NCBI GenBank assembly: GCA_002360555.1
Contig: DEQS01000105.1
Span: forward strand, 172,154-236,153
Direction of reading: 5' to 3'
DNA: 64,000 nucleotides
DNA from: Chloracidobacterium sp. UBA3360
GTDB taxonomy: Bacteria > Acidobacteriota > Blastocatellia > Pyrinomonadales > Pyrinomonadaceae
Under the pieces are notes generated by a model that was not told the DNA's origin, made no database searches, and worked only from the letters and a program-made list of their open reading frames with translations. Positions 26,267 through 34,690 of the stretch are shown here, in pieces. Within the stretch, counting starts at the first letter, position 1; each line of letters opens with the position of its first letter. The position numbers were made by a program, and so were the translations under genes.

Positions 26267-27244
26267 TTACCAGCCGAGGATATACGCAAACATCAGCGGA
26301 GCGACGATCGAGGCGTCGGATTCGACGATGAATTTTGGCGTTGTTGCTTCCAGTTTGCCCCAGGTTATTTTTTCGTTTGGGACGGCACCGGAATATGAGC
26401 CGTAGCTCGTTGTCGAATCGGATATCTGACAGAAATAGCCCCAGACGGGAACACCATCGCGCTGGAGATCCTGGTGGAGCATCGGAACGACACAGATCGG
26501 GAAATCGCCCGCGATGCCGCCGCCGATCTGGAAAAATCCGATGGTCGAATCGTCTGTTGCATTCGCGGTGTACCACTCGGCGAGCATCGTCATGTACTCG
26601 ATGCCAGTGCGGACCGTATGAACGTTTTTGATATCGCCGGTGATGACGTGGCCGGCAAACATATTGCCCATCGTCGAATCTTCCCAACCGGGGACGACCA
26701 TAGGCAGATTTTTTTCCATCGCCGCGTACATCCACGAATCTTTGAGGTCGATCTGGTAATACTCTTGCAATGAGCCGTTACTCAGGACCTGATACATAAA
26801 TTCGTGCGGAAAATACTGCTTGCCCTCGGTGTCAGCTTTGGTCCAGACATCGACCATTGCTTTTTCTAGCCGACGCATCGCTTCGTGCTCGGGGATGCAG
26901 GTGTCGGTGACGCGATTCATGTGGCGGTCAAGCAGGTCCTGCTCATCTGCTGGCGTCAGGTCGCGGTAATGCGGCACGCGTTCGTAATAATCGTGAGCGA
27001 CCAGGTTAAAGAGATCCTCTTCGAGATTTGCGCCCGTGCAGGAAATGATCTGCACCTTGTCCTGACGGATCATTTCGGCGAGAGACAATCCGAGTTCCGC
27101 TGTGGACATCGCCCCGGCGAGCGTGATCATCATCTTGCCGCCGCCGTCGAGATGCTGCTTGTAACCTTCTGCGGCGTCGATCAACGCGGCGGAATTAAAG
27201 TGGCGATAGTGGTGCTTGATAAAATCAGTGATCTGTCCGTTCAT
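26267..27244 (-). CDS. Deoxyhypusine synthase-like protein (DHS/homospermidine-synthase-related)
   Basis: 325 aa. ITLAGAMSTAELG...ISCTGANLEEDLF is the DHS-family NAD-binding core. The stop abuts the monooxygenase start with zero gap. Confidence 0.78.
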   Translation of the reverse strand: MNGQITDFIKHHYRHFNSAALIDAAEGYKQHLDGGGKMMITLAGAMSTAELGLSLAEMIRQDKVQIISCTGANLEEDLFNLVAHDYYERVPHYRDLTPADEQDLLDRHMNRVTDTCIPEHEAMRRLEKAMVDVWTKADTEGKQYFPHEFMYQVLSNGSLQEYYQIDLKDSWMYAAMEKNLPMVVPGWEDSTMGNMFAGHVITGDIKNVHTVRTGIEYMTMLAEWYTANATDDSTIGFFQIGGGIAGDFPICVVPMLHQDLQRDGVPVWGYFCQISDSTTSYGSYSGAVPNEKITWGKLEATTPKFIVESDASIVAPLMFAYILGW

Positions 27245-27627
27245 ACCATCTATATTACCCGACCGGGAAGTGCTGGGCTAGGGTTCACGATAGAAGGAGA
27301 CGCGATGCTTAAGCTGAGGGTTACACTCAACGGTCATTAGCGTTATCAGAACTCACGGTCTGGTCCTCGAGGGTGCGGACCTCAGCGCGTCTTCACGCTG
27401 TTATTCCCGAAGAGGTTACGCTCCGTTCGGTTGAGCAGGATTCCGAAGAACCTGTCAGAAATGACAGTTACGGTTCCGGCGCTCAAGGCGTATTCTTCCA
27501 CTAAGAAAACGGAGCACAGAGGTTGCGGCCATAACTTGATGCTTCGATGTCCTCCGTTACTGCCCGACCGATCCGTATTTCGACCAGGCGTGGAGTTTCG
27601 ATGACATTGTAGCGATGAGGCAATAAG

Positions 27628-28857
27628 ATGCAGAAAATTCAAAGAAACGGTAAAAAGGCACCAACGGGCCATCAACGAACATCCCTGCCTTTCCACGTTA
27701 TGTCCAAGCCCACGGGGGCGGCCTGTAACATAGATTGCGGGTATTGCTTCTATTTGGAAAAGGGTGCGCTTTATCCCCGCGGGTCAATGGGGACGATGAG
27801 CGACGAAGTGCTTGAGGCACACATCCGTCAGACCTTCGAATGCCAGCCCGGGCCCATGGTCACCCTCGCCTGGCAGGGTGGAGAGCCGACGCTGATGGGC
27901 CTAGATTTCTTTCGCCGGGCCGTGGCTCTCGAAAAGAGGCTCGCACCGCCCGGAGTGCAGGTCGAGCGAACCCTCCAGACCAATGGCCTGCTGCTGGACG
28001 AGGAATGGTGTCGGTTCCTGAAGGACAACGGCTTTCTTGTCGGCTTGAGCCTGGACGGACCAAGGGAGATGCACGACGCATTTCGCCTGGACCGCAAGGG
28101 CGAAGGCACATATGACAAAGTGCTAAAGGCCGCGCGTCTTTTGCAGCAATACCAGGTTGATTTCAACATTCTGGCCACCGTGAATGCAGCAAATGGTGAC
28201 CACCCGCTGGAGGTCTACCGATTTTTTCGAGATGAGGTTAAGGCAAACTATTTGCAGTTCATACCCATCGTCGTGCGTGACCAGAACTCGAAGACCGGCG
28301 TTACAGAAAGCTCGGTCGGCGCTCTGCAGTACGGGAAGTTCCTTTCGGCGATCTTTGATGAGTGGGTAAGCCGGGACGTGGGAACGATGTTCGTCCTGAA
28401 CTTTGATTTTTCCCTGGCAAATTGGCTCGGCGTGCCTTCGAACTGCATTTTCTCGCCGGAATGCGGCAACGCGCTGGCTCTGGAGCGCAACGGCGACCTT
28501 TATTCCTGCGACCATTTCGTCAATCCGGAAAACCTGCTCGGCAATATCCTGAGGACGCCGATGAGCGTATTGGTCGATTCCGATAAGCAGCGCCAGTTTG
28601 GGAGCGACAAGTTTACGAAGCTTCCACAGTATTGCCGGGAATGTCCGGTCCTTTTCGCCTGTTTTGGTGAATGTCCGAAAAACCGCTTCATCAAGACGCC
28701 TGATGGAGAGGTGGGACTGAATTATCTCTGCGGAGGATATAAGCATTTTTTTACGCACGTCGATCCAAAAATGAGGGCTATAGCGACGTTGCTGCGAGAA
28801 GGGCATTTTGCCGACGAGATCATGGGTTCTCCGCAACCGCAGAAAAGACATAGCTAA
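27628..28857 (+). CDS. Anaerobic sulfatase-maturating radical SAM enzyme (anSME, SPASM domain)
   Basis: 409 aa. FHVMSKPTGAACNIDCGYCFY (CxxxCxxC) and a C-terminal Cys-rich SPASM region CRECPVLFACFGECPKNRF. It lies directly upstream of a CxPxR sulfatase. Confidence 0.88.
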   Translation: MQKIQRNGKKAPTGHQRTSLPFHVMSKPTGAACNIDCGYCFYLEKGALYPRGSMGTMSDEVLEAHIRQTFECQPGPMVTLAWQGGEPTLMGLDFFRRAVALEKRLAPPGVQVERTLQTNGLLLDEEWCRFLKDNGFLVGLSLDGPREMHDAFRLDRKGEGTYDKVLKAARLLQQYQVDFNILATVNAANGDHPLEVYRFFRDEVKANYLQFIPIVVRDQNSKTGVTESSVGALQYGKFLSAIFDEWVSRDVGTMFVLNFDFSLANWLGVPSNCIFSPECGNALALERNGDLYSCDHFVNPENLLGNILRTPMSVLVDSDKQRQFGSDKFTKLPQYCRECPVLFACFGECPKNRFIKTPDGEVGLNYLCGGYKHFFTHVDPKMRAIATLLREGHFADEIMGSPQPQKRHS

Positions 28858-28890
28858 AGAGAATAGTAGCTAATAAACAAGGAGATTATT

Positions 28891-30543
28891 ATGAGTGAAG
28901 AATCCAAACCAATTACCAATAAACCTAATATCCTGATGATCGTGACCGATCAGGAATATGCCCATCAGCCCATGCCGGCGGAATTCGCCTTACCCAACCG
29001 GGACCGGATTCGCGCCCGCGGGGTCACGTTCAACCATCACCATTGCACCACCACCGTATGCACGCCGTCCCGCTCGGTGATGCTGACGGGCCGGCATACG
29101 TCGCACACCCGAATGTTCGACAATACCAACTTCGCCTGGATCGACGATATGAGGGCCGATCCGGAAGCCTTGCCTACCATCGGCCATATGCTGCGCGATC
29201 TGGGCTACCACACCGTCTATAAAGGCAAGTGGCACCTCTCAGAGTTTCCGGAAAATGGTTCCCGTGAAGCGATGGAACGCTATGGCTTCTCGGAGTACCA
29301 AGATTGGGGCGACGTGATAGGCGGCCCGATGGATGGGGCTCTAAAGGATGGGAAGATCGCGGAAGAGGCCGTCAACTGGCTGGCGAAGCGCGCTCCCGAA
29401 GTCGCCGCCGAACCTTGGTTCATGACCGTGAACTTTGTCAATCCTCACGATGTGATGTATTTCGACACCGATGCGGAAGAGATGGTCCAGGTCAAGGGCA
29501 TGTTCCCGATCTTTGATGCTCCCGATACGCCGCTTTACCACCAGAAATGGCAGACGACCTTGCCGGCCTCCTTCTACGATGACCTGGAGGGGCAGCCGCA
29601 GGCAGTCCGCAATTACAAGCAACTGTGCGACATGTACTATGGCCGGATACCGATGGATCGCCGGGACATGTGGCACAACCATGTCAACTACTACCTCAAC
29701 TGCCATCTCGACGTTGACCGGCACATCGGAGCGGTGTTGGATGCGCTGGAAGCAAGCGGTCAGGCGGAAAACACGATCGTCATTTTCACTGCCGATCACG
29801 GCGAGCAAGGAGCTGCGCATCACCTGCGCCAAAAGGGCAGCGTGGCGTTTCAGGAATCCGTCAACGTACCGCTGGTTATCGCCGATCCACGCCACCCCGG
29901 CGCAAACCGGACGGATGCGGTGGGATCGCATCTCGATCTGGTGCCCACGATTCTGGCGTATGCCGGCCTGCCGGACGCCGAGCGGCAGAAACGCTACCCC
30001 CTCCTGAAAGGCCATGACCTCTCGGGCGTGGTGGCCGATCCCGCTTCTGTCGGGCCCCGTGGCAGCAGTGCCCAACCCGGCAAGGGGAGCCTGATGACCT
30101 ATGATATGATCGCCACGGTCGACGCGGAATGGTTTACCCGCAACGTGACCAAGGTGTTCGACGCCGCCGCCGCCGCTGCCGGACAGGAGTTTCATCGCGG
30201 CATGGAGGAGTTCAAAGAACTCGTCAACGAAATTGGTGTGCCGAATCTTGAAAAGCGCGAGATGTTTCGCGGCATCTTTGATGGCCGTTACAAGTTGGTC
30301 CGCTACTTCGGAATGGGTAACTACAACGTGCCGGCGTCGATCCAGCAGCTTCTGGCAGACAACGATGCCGCCCTATACGACCTGCAGTCGGATCCCGAGG
30401 AGATGGATAACCTGGCCAATCCGACCCATCCCAAGTACGACGAAACATTGCTGTCGGCCATGAACGAGAAACTCAATGCGCTGATAGCCGAGGAGATCGG
30501 GGAAGACAAAGCCCTATTCACGCCGCCGGAGGATAGCGCGTAA
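28891..30543 (+). CDS. Cys-type sulfatase (formylglycine-dependent)
   Basis: 550 aa. ILMIVTDQ metal site and the sulfatase signature CTPSRSVMLTGRH. AAGGAG RBS is 8 nt upstream. No obvious signal peptide. Confidence 0.88.
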   Translation: MSEESKPITNKPNILMIVTDQEYAHQPMPAEFALPNRDRIRARGVTFNHHHCTTTVCTPSRSVMLTGRHTSHTRMFDNTNFAWIDDMRADPEALPTIGHMLRDLGYHTVYKGKWHLSEFPENGSREAMERYGFSEYQDWGDVIGGPMDGALKDGKIAEEAVNWLAKRAPEVAAEPWFMTVNFVNPHDVMYFDTDAEEMVQVKGMFPIFDAPDTPLYHQKWQTTLPASFYDDLEGQPQAVRNYKQLCDMYYGRIPMDRRDMWHNHVNYYLNCHLDVDRHIGAVLDALEASGQAENTIVIFTADHGEQGAAHHLRQKGSVAFQESVNVPLVIADPRHPGANRTDAVGSHLDLVPTILAYAGLPDAERQKRYPLLKGHDLSGVVADPASVGPRGSSAQPGKGSLMTYDMIATVDAEWFTRNVTKVFDAAAAAAGQEFHRGMEEFKELVNEIGVPNLEKREMFRGIFDGRYKLVRYFGMGNYNVPASIQQLLADNDAALYDLQSDPEEMDNLANPTHPKYDETLLSAMNEKLNALIAEEIGEDKALFTPPEDSA

Positions 30544-30634
30544 CCCCGGCCGAAATCAACGCTGCGGTGACGTAAAAGGCGCCGGAAATGATCCAGGTGG
30601 CAATTTATCGTTGCAGAGCCCGACGGGTTGGAAT

Positions 30635-30674
30635 TAAAAAAAACGCGGACAGGTGCATTTCCTGTCCGCGTTTT
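30635..30674. terminator. Bidirectional rho-independent terminator
   Basis: An A-run (30635-30643), stem cgcggacag (30644-30652) / ctgtccgcg (30662-30670), then TTTT. It lies between the sulfatase stop and the stop of the nrdB-like remnant. Confidence 0.7.
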
Positions 30675-30698
30675 CTTACTGGCAGAGAAGCGATCGAC

Positions 30699-30994
30699 CT
30701 AGAAAGCCTCGTTAACGCTCACATCCCCTGCCATCGCGGCCTGACACGCTGAAACCCAACGCTCAAAGAAATTGGCAAGTTCCCGTACGTCCTGCAGATC
30801 CATCAAGGAGAATGGGGTTGGGCACCTTAAACCTATTGCATACCGAGCATGACGAGGCGCGAGTCAGGGATGTAGAGTGCCGTGGCGTCGCCGGATTCGA
30901 GGTGTTTGACGTAACCTTCAGACGCGTCAACGAGGGCCACGGCGTTGAAATGGCAGTAGTGATGCTTGATAAAATCTGTGATTTGTCCATTCAT
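30699..30994 (-). pseudogene. Chimeric gene remnant: 5' ~35 codons of a second DHS-like gene fused to the 3' ~63 codons of a second nrdB
   Basis: Minus-strand translation from ATG 30994 gives MNGQITDFIKHHYCHFNAVALVDASEGYVKHLESG. The intact gene at 27244 reads MNGQITDFIKHHYRHFNSAALIDAAEGYKQHLDGG. The remnant then reads DATALYIPDSRLVMLGMQ*V*GA, has a 1-nt deletion, and continues PFSLMDLQDVRELANFFERWVSACQAAMAGDVSVNEAF*. The intact nrdB C-terminus reads YLEYIADQRLAMLGMQKVYGAKNPFSFMDLQDVQELANFFERRVSAYQVAVAGEVSFSESF*. Confidence 0.85.
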
Positions 30995-31006
30995 AAGAAG
31001 ATCTGC

Positions 31007-31076
31007 CTGCGAAATACGCGAAAGAACGCGAATAAGAACTTAATGTTCTTTTCGTGTCTTTTAGCGTATTTCGCGG
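31007..31076. repeat. Long imperfect stuttered hairpin
   Basis: ctgcgaaatacgcgaaagaacgcgaataagaac (31007-31039) faces gttcttttcgtgtcttttagcgtatttcgcgg (31045-31076). The loop is ttaat. Confidence 0.6.
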
Positions 31077-31108
31077 TAAATTATCTTGCGCAAATTATTG
31101 TGTAAAAT

Positions 31109-31522
31109 GTGATGGTGAAATTGTTATTTCGACTACAGATCATGATGCTCGTTGCGATGCTCGCGGGTTGCGGCCAGCTATCGCAATCGGGCGGCGGCGA
31201 TGTCGAACGCGCTTTCAATACCCACGCGACCGACGTCCAAGTCACCGGCGAAGGCACGGTTTTGCGAACACTCGACGACGACCGATCCGGCTCGCCGCAT
31301 CAGCGATTTATACTAAAACTTGCGTCGGGCCAGACAGTGCTTATCAGCCACAACGTCGCGCTCGCACCGCGAATTGACGATCTCAAAACCGGGGATACCG
31401 TTGGTTTTTCGGGCGAATACGTCTGGAACGAACAAGGCGGCCTGATCCACAGAACCCACCGAGACCCACGGTCTCGTCTGGAGAGCGGTTGGCTGCAGCA
31501 CAACGGCCGAACATATCAATAA
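31109..31522 (+). CDS. DUF3465-family lipoprotein
   Basis: 137 aa. It has the lipobox LAGC and the conserved HQRFILKL..GQT.LI.HN....P......GD.V.F.GEY.WN..GG..H.TH core of DUF3465. Confidence 0.7.
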   Translation: MMVKLLFRLQIMMLVAMLAGCGQLSQSGGGDVERAFNTHATDVQVTGEGTVLRTLDDDRSGSPHQRFILKLASGQTVLISHNVALAPRIDDLKTGDTVGFSGEYVWNEQGGLIHRTHRDPRSRLESGWLQHNGRTYQ

Positions 31523-31567
31523 CGCCGTCTGGAAACTTCATCTCGCCGTTAACGTATTAAGCCAAAT

Positions 31568-33631
31568 ATGACGAGCAGAAGAGAGTTTATTAAACGTGCC
31601 GCGGCGTGCGGTGCAGTTTTGGCGTGGGGCCGAGGTGTCGCGAGCGCGTCATCTACGGGTTGGCAGGAACGGCGTGATCTTTTTCCGCACGGCGTAGCTT
31701 CCGGTGATCCTGATCCCAAAAGCGTAATTCTATGGACGCGGCGACCACCTGGCGACAAACCGGCCGCAAAGCTCGTAGTCGAGATCGCCGAGGATGAGGC
31801 ATTTCGCCGCGTTATCGGAAAACAAGAGGCTATGGTCTCTGCCAACACCGATTGGACCTGCCGCGTGCTTGCCGCCGGTTTGAAACCGCGAACGATTTAC
31901 TGGTATCGATTTACCGATGAACACGGTTTTGGCAGCCGCGTCGGTCGTACCATAACCGCACCAGCCGACAAAGACGCCTCGCCGGTGAACTTCACCTTCG
32001 TCAGCTGCCAGAGCGTTAACGAAGGAAAGCTCAACGGTTATCGACGAATGATCTTCGAAGACGAACGCGCGAGGCCCGAGGACCAACTCGGTTTCGTGCT
32101 TCACCTAGGCGATTTCATCTACGAGGTCGTTCAGTATCCCGAAGAGGGCAAAAAACGCTACGATCGGACGATCTACGAAGTTTGCCGTATACCCGACGCA
32201 GGAAAGACCGGCAATCTCTATTGGCCGAAAACCGTCGACGGATATCGCGCCGTGTGGAAGGGCTATCTCGCCGACCCAGACCTGCAGGATGCCCGCGCTC
32301 GTTGGCCGTTCGTCTGCATGTGGGACAATCACGAATTTTCGTGGCAGGGCCGGCAGAGCATCCTGCAGCAGGGCGGCCCGCCCCAGCCTGGCCAAGCCGT
32401 TAAGGTCGCCGCCAATCAGGCCTGGTTCGAATATATCCCCGCACGCGTCACGCCGCCGAGCGGCTCGCTTACTGAATTTGGGAAGGTTGCGGTCGAGAAC
32501 GTTAAGATCGAAGAGTGGGATGAAAATGGGCTCGGCGCCGAGCCGAACAATCTGGCCGCTATCCGTAGCCTGATCGCCTATCGTTCACTGCGTTACGGCA
32601 AGCATCTCGACCTGTTTGTTACCGACCAGCGGAGTTTCGCGGGCGAAGATCCTAGCAACGTCGAAGACGTTGGAAAGATCTTCGATCCGGCGTTTCGAGG
32701 CTACTTTTCGGAAGAAGCGATGATCGCTCTCGACGCGGGTAAGGCTCATGACAACGGAAAGCCGCCCGCCGAACTTCAATTCCGGGATGTGAAGATCCCG
32801 AACCCGAGCAAGAACAAACAGCCGCGGACGATACTCGGCGTCGAGCAAAAGGCTTGGTTTAAGACAGAGCTTCGCAAGTCGAAAGCGACGTGGAAGATCT
32901 GGGGGAATTCGCTCGGAGCTCTCGACAATCGCGTCGACATGCAAAATCTGCCCGCCGGGATGGTGAAGAATCCGTGGCCCGCCGACACTTACGGCATAGG
33001 CAGGACCGACGACTGGGGAGCCGCCTATGCAGAACGAACGGAGATCTACGACCTCGTGCGAGATGCTAAGATCACGGGATTTGCGATAGTCTCGGGCGAC
33101 CGTCACGCCTTTTGGGCGGGATATGCCGCAGCAAATCTTCCGCCCCGCAAATTCGAGCCTGTGGGATTGAGCTTCGTGGGTGGTTCGCTGATAAGCCCAG
33201 GCGGAATGGAAGCCTTAGAGCACGGTCTGCGCAAGGATCACCCTTTGCGAGCCTTGTTTCTAGCCGACCGGCCTAATGGAGCTAAACCCGCGTGGACCTA
33301 TAATATGCTGCTGCGGCATGGTGTTCGCTCTGCCATCGAATATGCAAAGAGCTTTAATCTAAAACGAGCGAAAGAGCTATCGAACCCGCAGCTCGCGCCG
33401 CACCTCGAGTTCATTGATCTTGGCGGTCACGGTTACGCGAAGGTCAGCCTCTCAAGCAATGAGATGCGCACTGAGTTCGTCTGTATCCCGCGACCCATAA
33501 CCCGCAGTGAGCGACCGGATGGCGGGCCGCTACGCTACCGCGTCTCGCTTACTTCCAAGCTCTGGAAACCCGGCGAGCGTCCGCACCTCGAGGTTAAGGT
33601 TCTCGAAGGCGACGTGGAACTGTCGATCTAA
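31568..33631 (+). CDS. phoD: PhoD-family alkaline phosphatase with Tat signal
   Basis: 687 aa. Twin-arginine signal SRREFIKRAAA. FPHGVASGDP...ILWTR is the PhoD N-domain signature, followed by a metallophosphatase core (LGDFIYE, WDNHEF). Confidence 0.85.
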   Translation: MTSRREFIKRAAACGAVLAWGRGVASASSTGWQERRDLFPHGVASGDPDPKSVILWTRRPPGDKPAAKLVVEIAEDEAFRRVIGKQEAMVSANTDWTCRVLAAGLKPRTIYWYRFTDEHGFGSRVGRTITAPADKDASPVNFTFVSCQSVNEGKLNGYRRMIFEDERARPEDQLGFVLHLGDFIYEVVQYPEEGKKRYDRTIYEVCRIPDAGKTGNLYWPKTVDGYRAVWKGYLADPDLQDARARWPFVCMWDNHEFSWQGRQSILQQGGPPQPGQAVKVAANQAWFEYIPARVTPPSGSLTEFGKVAVENVKIEEWDENGLGAEPNNLAAIRSLIAYRSLRYGKHLDLFVTDQRSFAGEDPSNVEDVGKIFDPAFRGYFSEEAMIALDAGKAHDNGKPPAELQFRDVKIPNPSKNKQPRTILGVEQKAWFKTELRKSKATWKIWGNSLGALDNRVDMQNLPAGMVKNPWPADTYGIGRTDDWGAAYAERTEIYDLVRDAKITGFAIVSGDRHAFWAGYAAANLPPRKFEPVGLSFVGGSLISPGGMEALEHGLRKDHPLRALFLADRPNGAKPAWTYNMLLRHGVRSAIEYAKSFNLKRAKELSNPQLAPHLEFIDLGGHGYAKVSLSSNEMRTEFVCIPRPITRSERPDGGPLRYRVSLTSKLWKPGERPHLEVKVLEGDVELSI

Positions 33632-33632
33632 C

Positions 33633-33664
33633 AAAAAAGGGCGGCACGATGGCCGCCCTTTTTC
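33633..33664. terminator. Bidirectional rho-independent terminator between phoD and nrdB
   Basis: A6, stem gggcggc (33639-33645) / gccgccc (33652-33658), then T6. Confidence 0.75.
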
Positions 33665-33683
33665 AATTTGATCTGCAATTTTT

Positions 33684-34682
33684 CTAGAACGACTCGCTAA
33701 AACTGACCTCGCCGGCCACAGCGACCTGATATGCCGAGACGCGGCGTTCGAAAAAGTTAGCGAGTTCCTGTACGTCCTGCAGATCCATAAACGAGAAGGG
33801 ATTTTTTGCTCCGTACACTTTCTGCATCCCGAGCATCGCCAGCCGCTGATCGGCGATGTACTCAAGATACTGCCGCATATCACCCACAGACAATCCCGAA
33901 ATACCGCCGCTCAAAATGTCCTGGGCAAACTGCATCTCGCAATCGACTGCTTCGTCGATCATTGCCGCCACGCTGCGTTCGAGTTCCGCGTCAAACAACA
34001 GGGGCTCTTCTTTTCTGACCGTGTTGACGACCTCGAGGGCAAATTTCATGTGAGCCGATTCGTCACGAAACACCCAATTCGTGCCAGCCGCAAGCCCGTG
34101 CAGCAAACCTTTTGACCGCAGAAAATAGACATATGCAAACGCGGCGAAGAAAAACAACCCTTCGATACACGTTGCAAAACATATCAGATTGAGCAAAAAC
34201 ATCTTGCGGTCGCCCGGGCCTTTTAGGCTGTCAAGATCGTTGATCGAATCGATCCATTTGAAACAAAACTCTGCTTTCTTGTGAATCGACGGGATGTTGT
34301 CAACCGCCGCAAATGCCTGTTCGCGCTCAAAGTGGTCGGGGATATAGGTGTCGAGCAGCGTCAGGTAAAACTGTACGTGGACTGCCTCTTCATACAACTG
34401 CCGCGAGAGATACATACGGGCCTCGGGCGAATTGATGTGCTTATACAGATTTAGCACAAGATTGTTCGACACGATTGAATCGCCGGTCGCAAAAAACGCC
34501 ACCAGACGGTTGATCATATGCCGCTCGGACGCGGTCATTTTGTTTTTCAGATCCATCACATCGGTCGAAAAATCGACCTCTTCGACGGTCCAAGTATTCT
34601 TGATGGAGTTCCGGTACATTTCGTAAAAGTCCGGGTACTTCATCGGGCGAAGTGTTAGATCAAATCCAGGGTCTAAAAGCAT
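33684..34682 (-). CDS. nrdB: Ribonucleotide reductase class I beta subunit
   Basis: 332 aa. Di-iron ligand helices (EEAVHVQFY, the tyrosyl radical region, RDESAHM) and a C-terminal acidic tail. Confidence 0.92.
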   Translation of the reverse strand: MLLDPGFDLTLRPMKYPDFYEMYRNSIKNTWTVEEVDFSTDVMDLKNKMTASERHMINRLVAFFATGDSIVSNNLVLNLYKHINSPEARMYLSRQLYEEAVHVQFYLTLLDTYIPDHFEREQAFAAVDNIPSIHKKAEFCFKWIDSINDLDSLKGPGDRKMFLLNLICFATCIEGLFFFAAFAYVYFLRSKGLLHGLAAGTNWVFRDESAHMKFALEVVNTVRKEEPLLFDAELERSVAAMIDEAVDCEMQFAQDILSGGISGLSVGDMRQYLEYIADQRLAMLGMQKVYGAKNPFSFMDLQDVQELANFFERRVSAYQVAVAGEVSFSESF

Positions 34683-34690
34683 AATTTCCT

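Noticed and set aside
26253-26735. 160-aa minus-strand ORF rich in Arg/His/Asp.
   Set aside because: It is an alternative frame of the DHS-like gene and spans the DHS/monooxygenase junction. Its composition is implausible for a protein.
28123-28851. 242-aa minus-strand ORF.
   Set aside because: It is antisense to the anSME radical-SAM gene, whose CxxxCxxC and SPASM motifs fix the true frame. I treat it as a shadow ORF.
29341-30195. 284-aa minus-strand ORF.
   Set aside because: It lies entirely antisense to the strongly recognisable CxPxR sulfatase in comparatively GC-rich DNA. The product is Arg/Gly/His/Val-rich with no motif. It is a typical shadow ORF.
30763-30990. 75-aa minus-strand ORF from the track.
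   Set aside because: It reads the chimeric scar in the wrong frame. The homologous frames start at ATG 30994 for the DHS-like part and then run into the nrdB-like frames, which contain stops.
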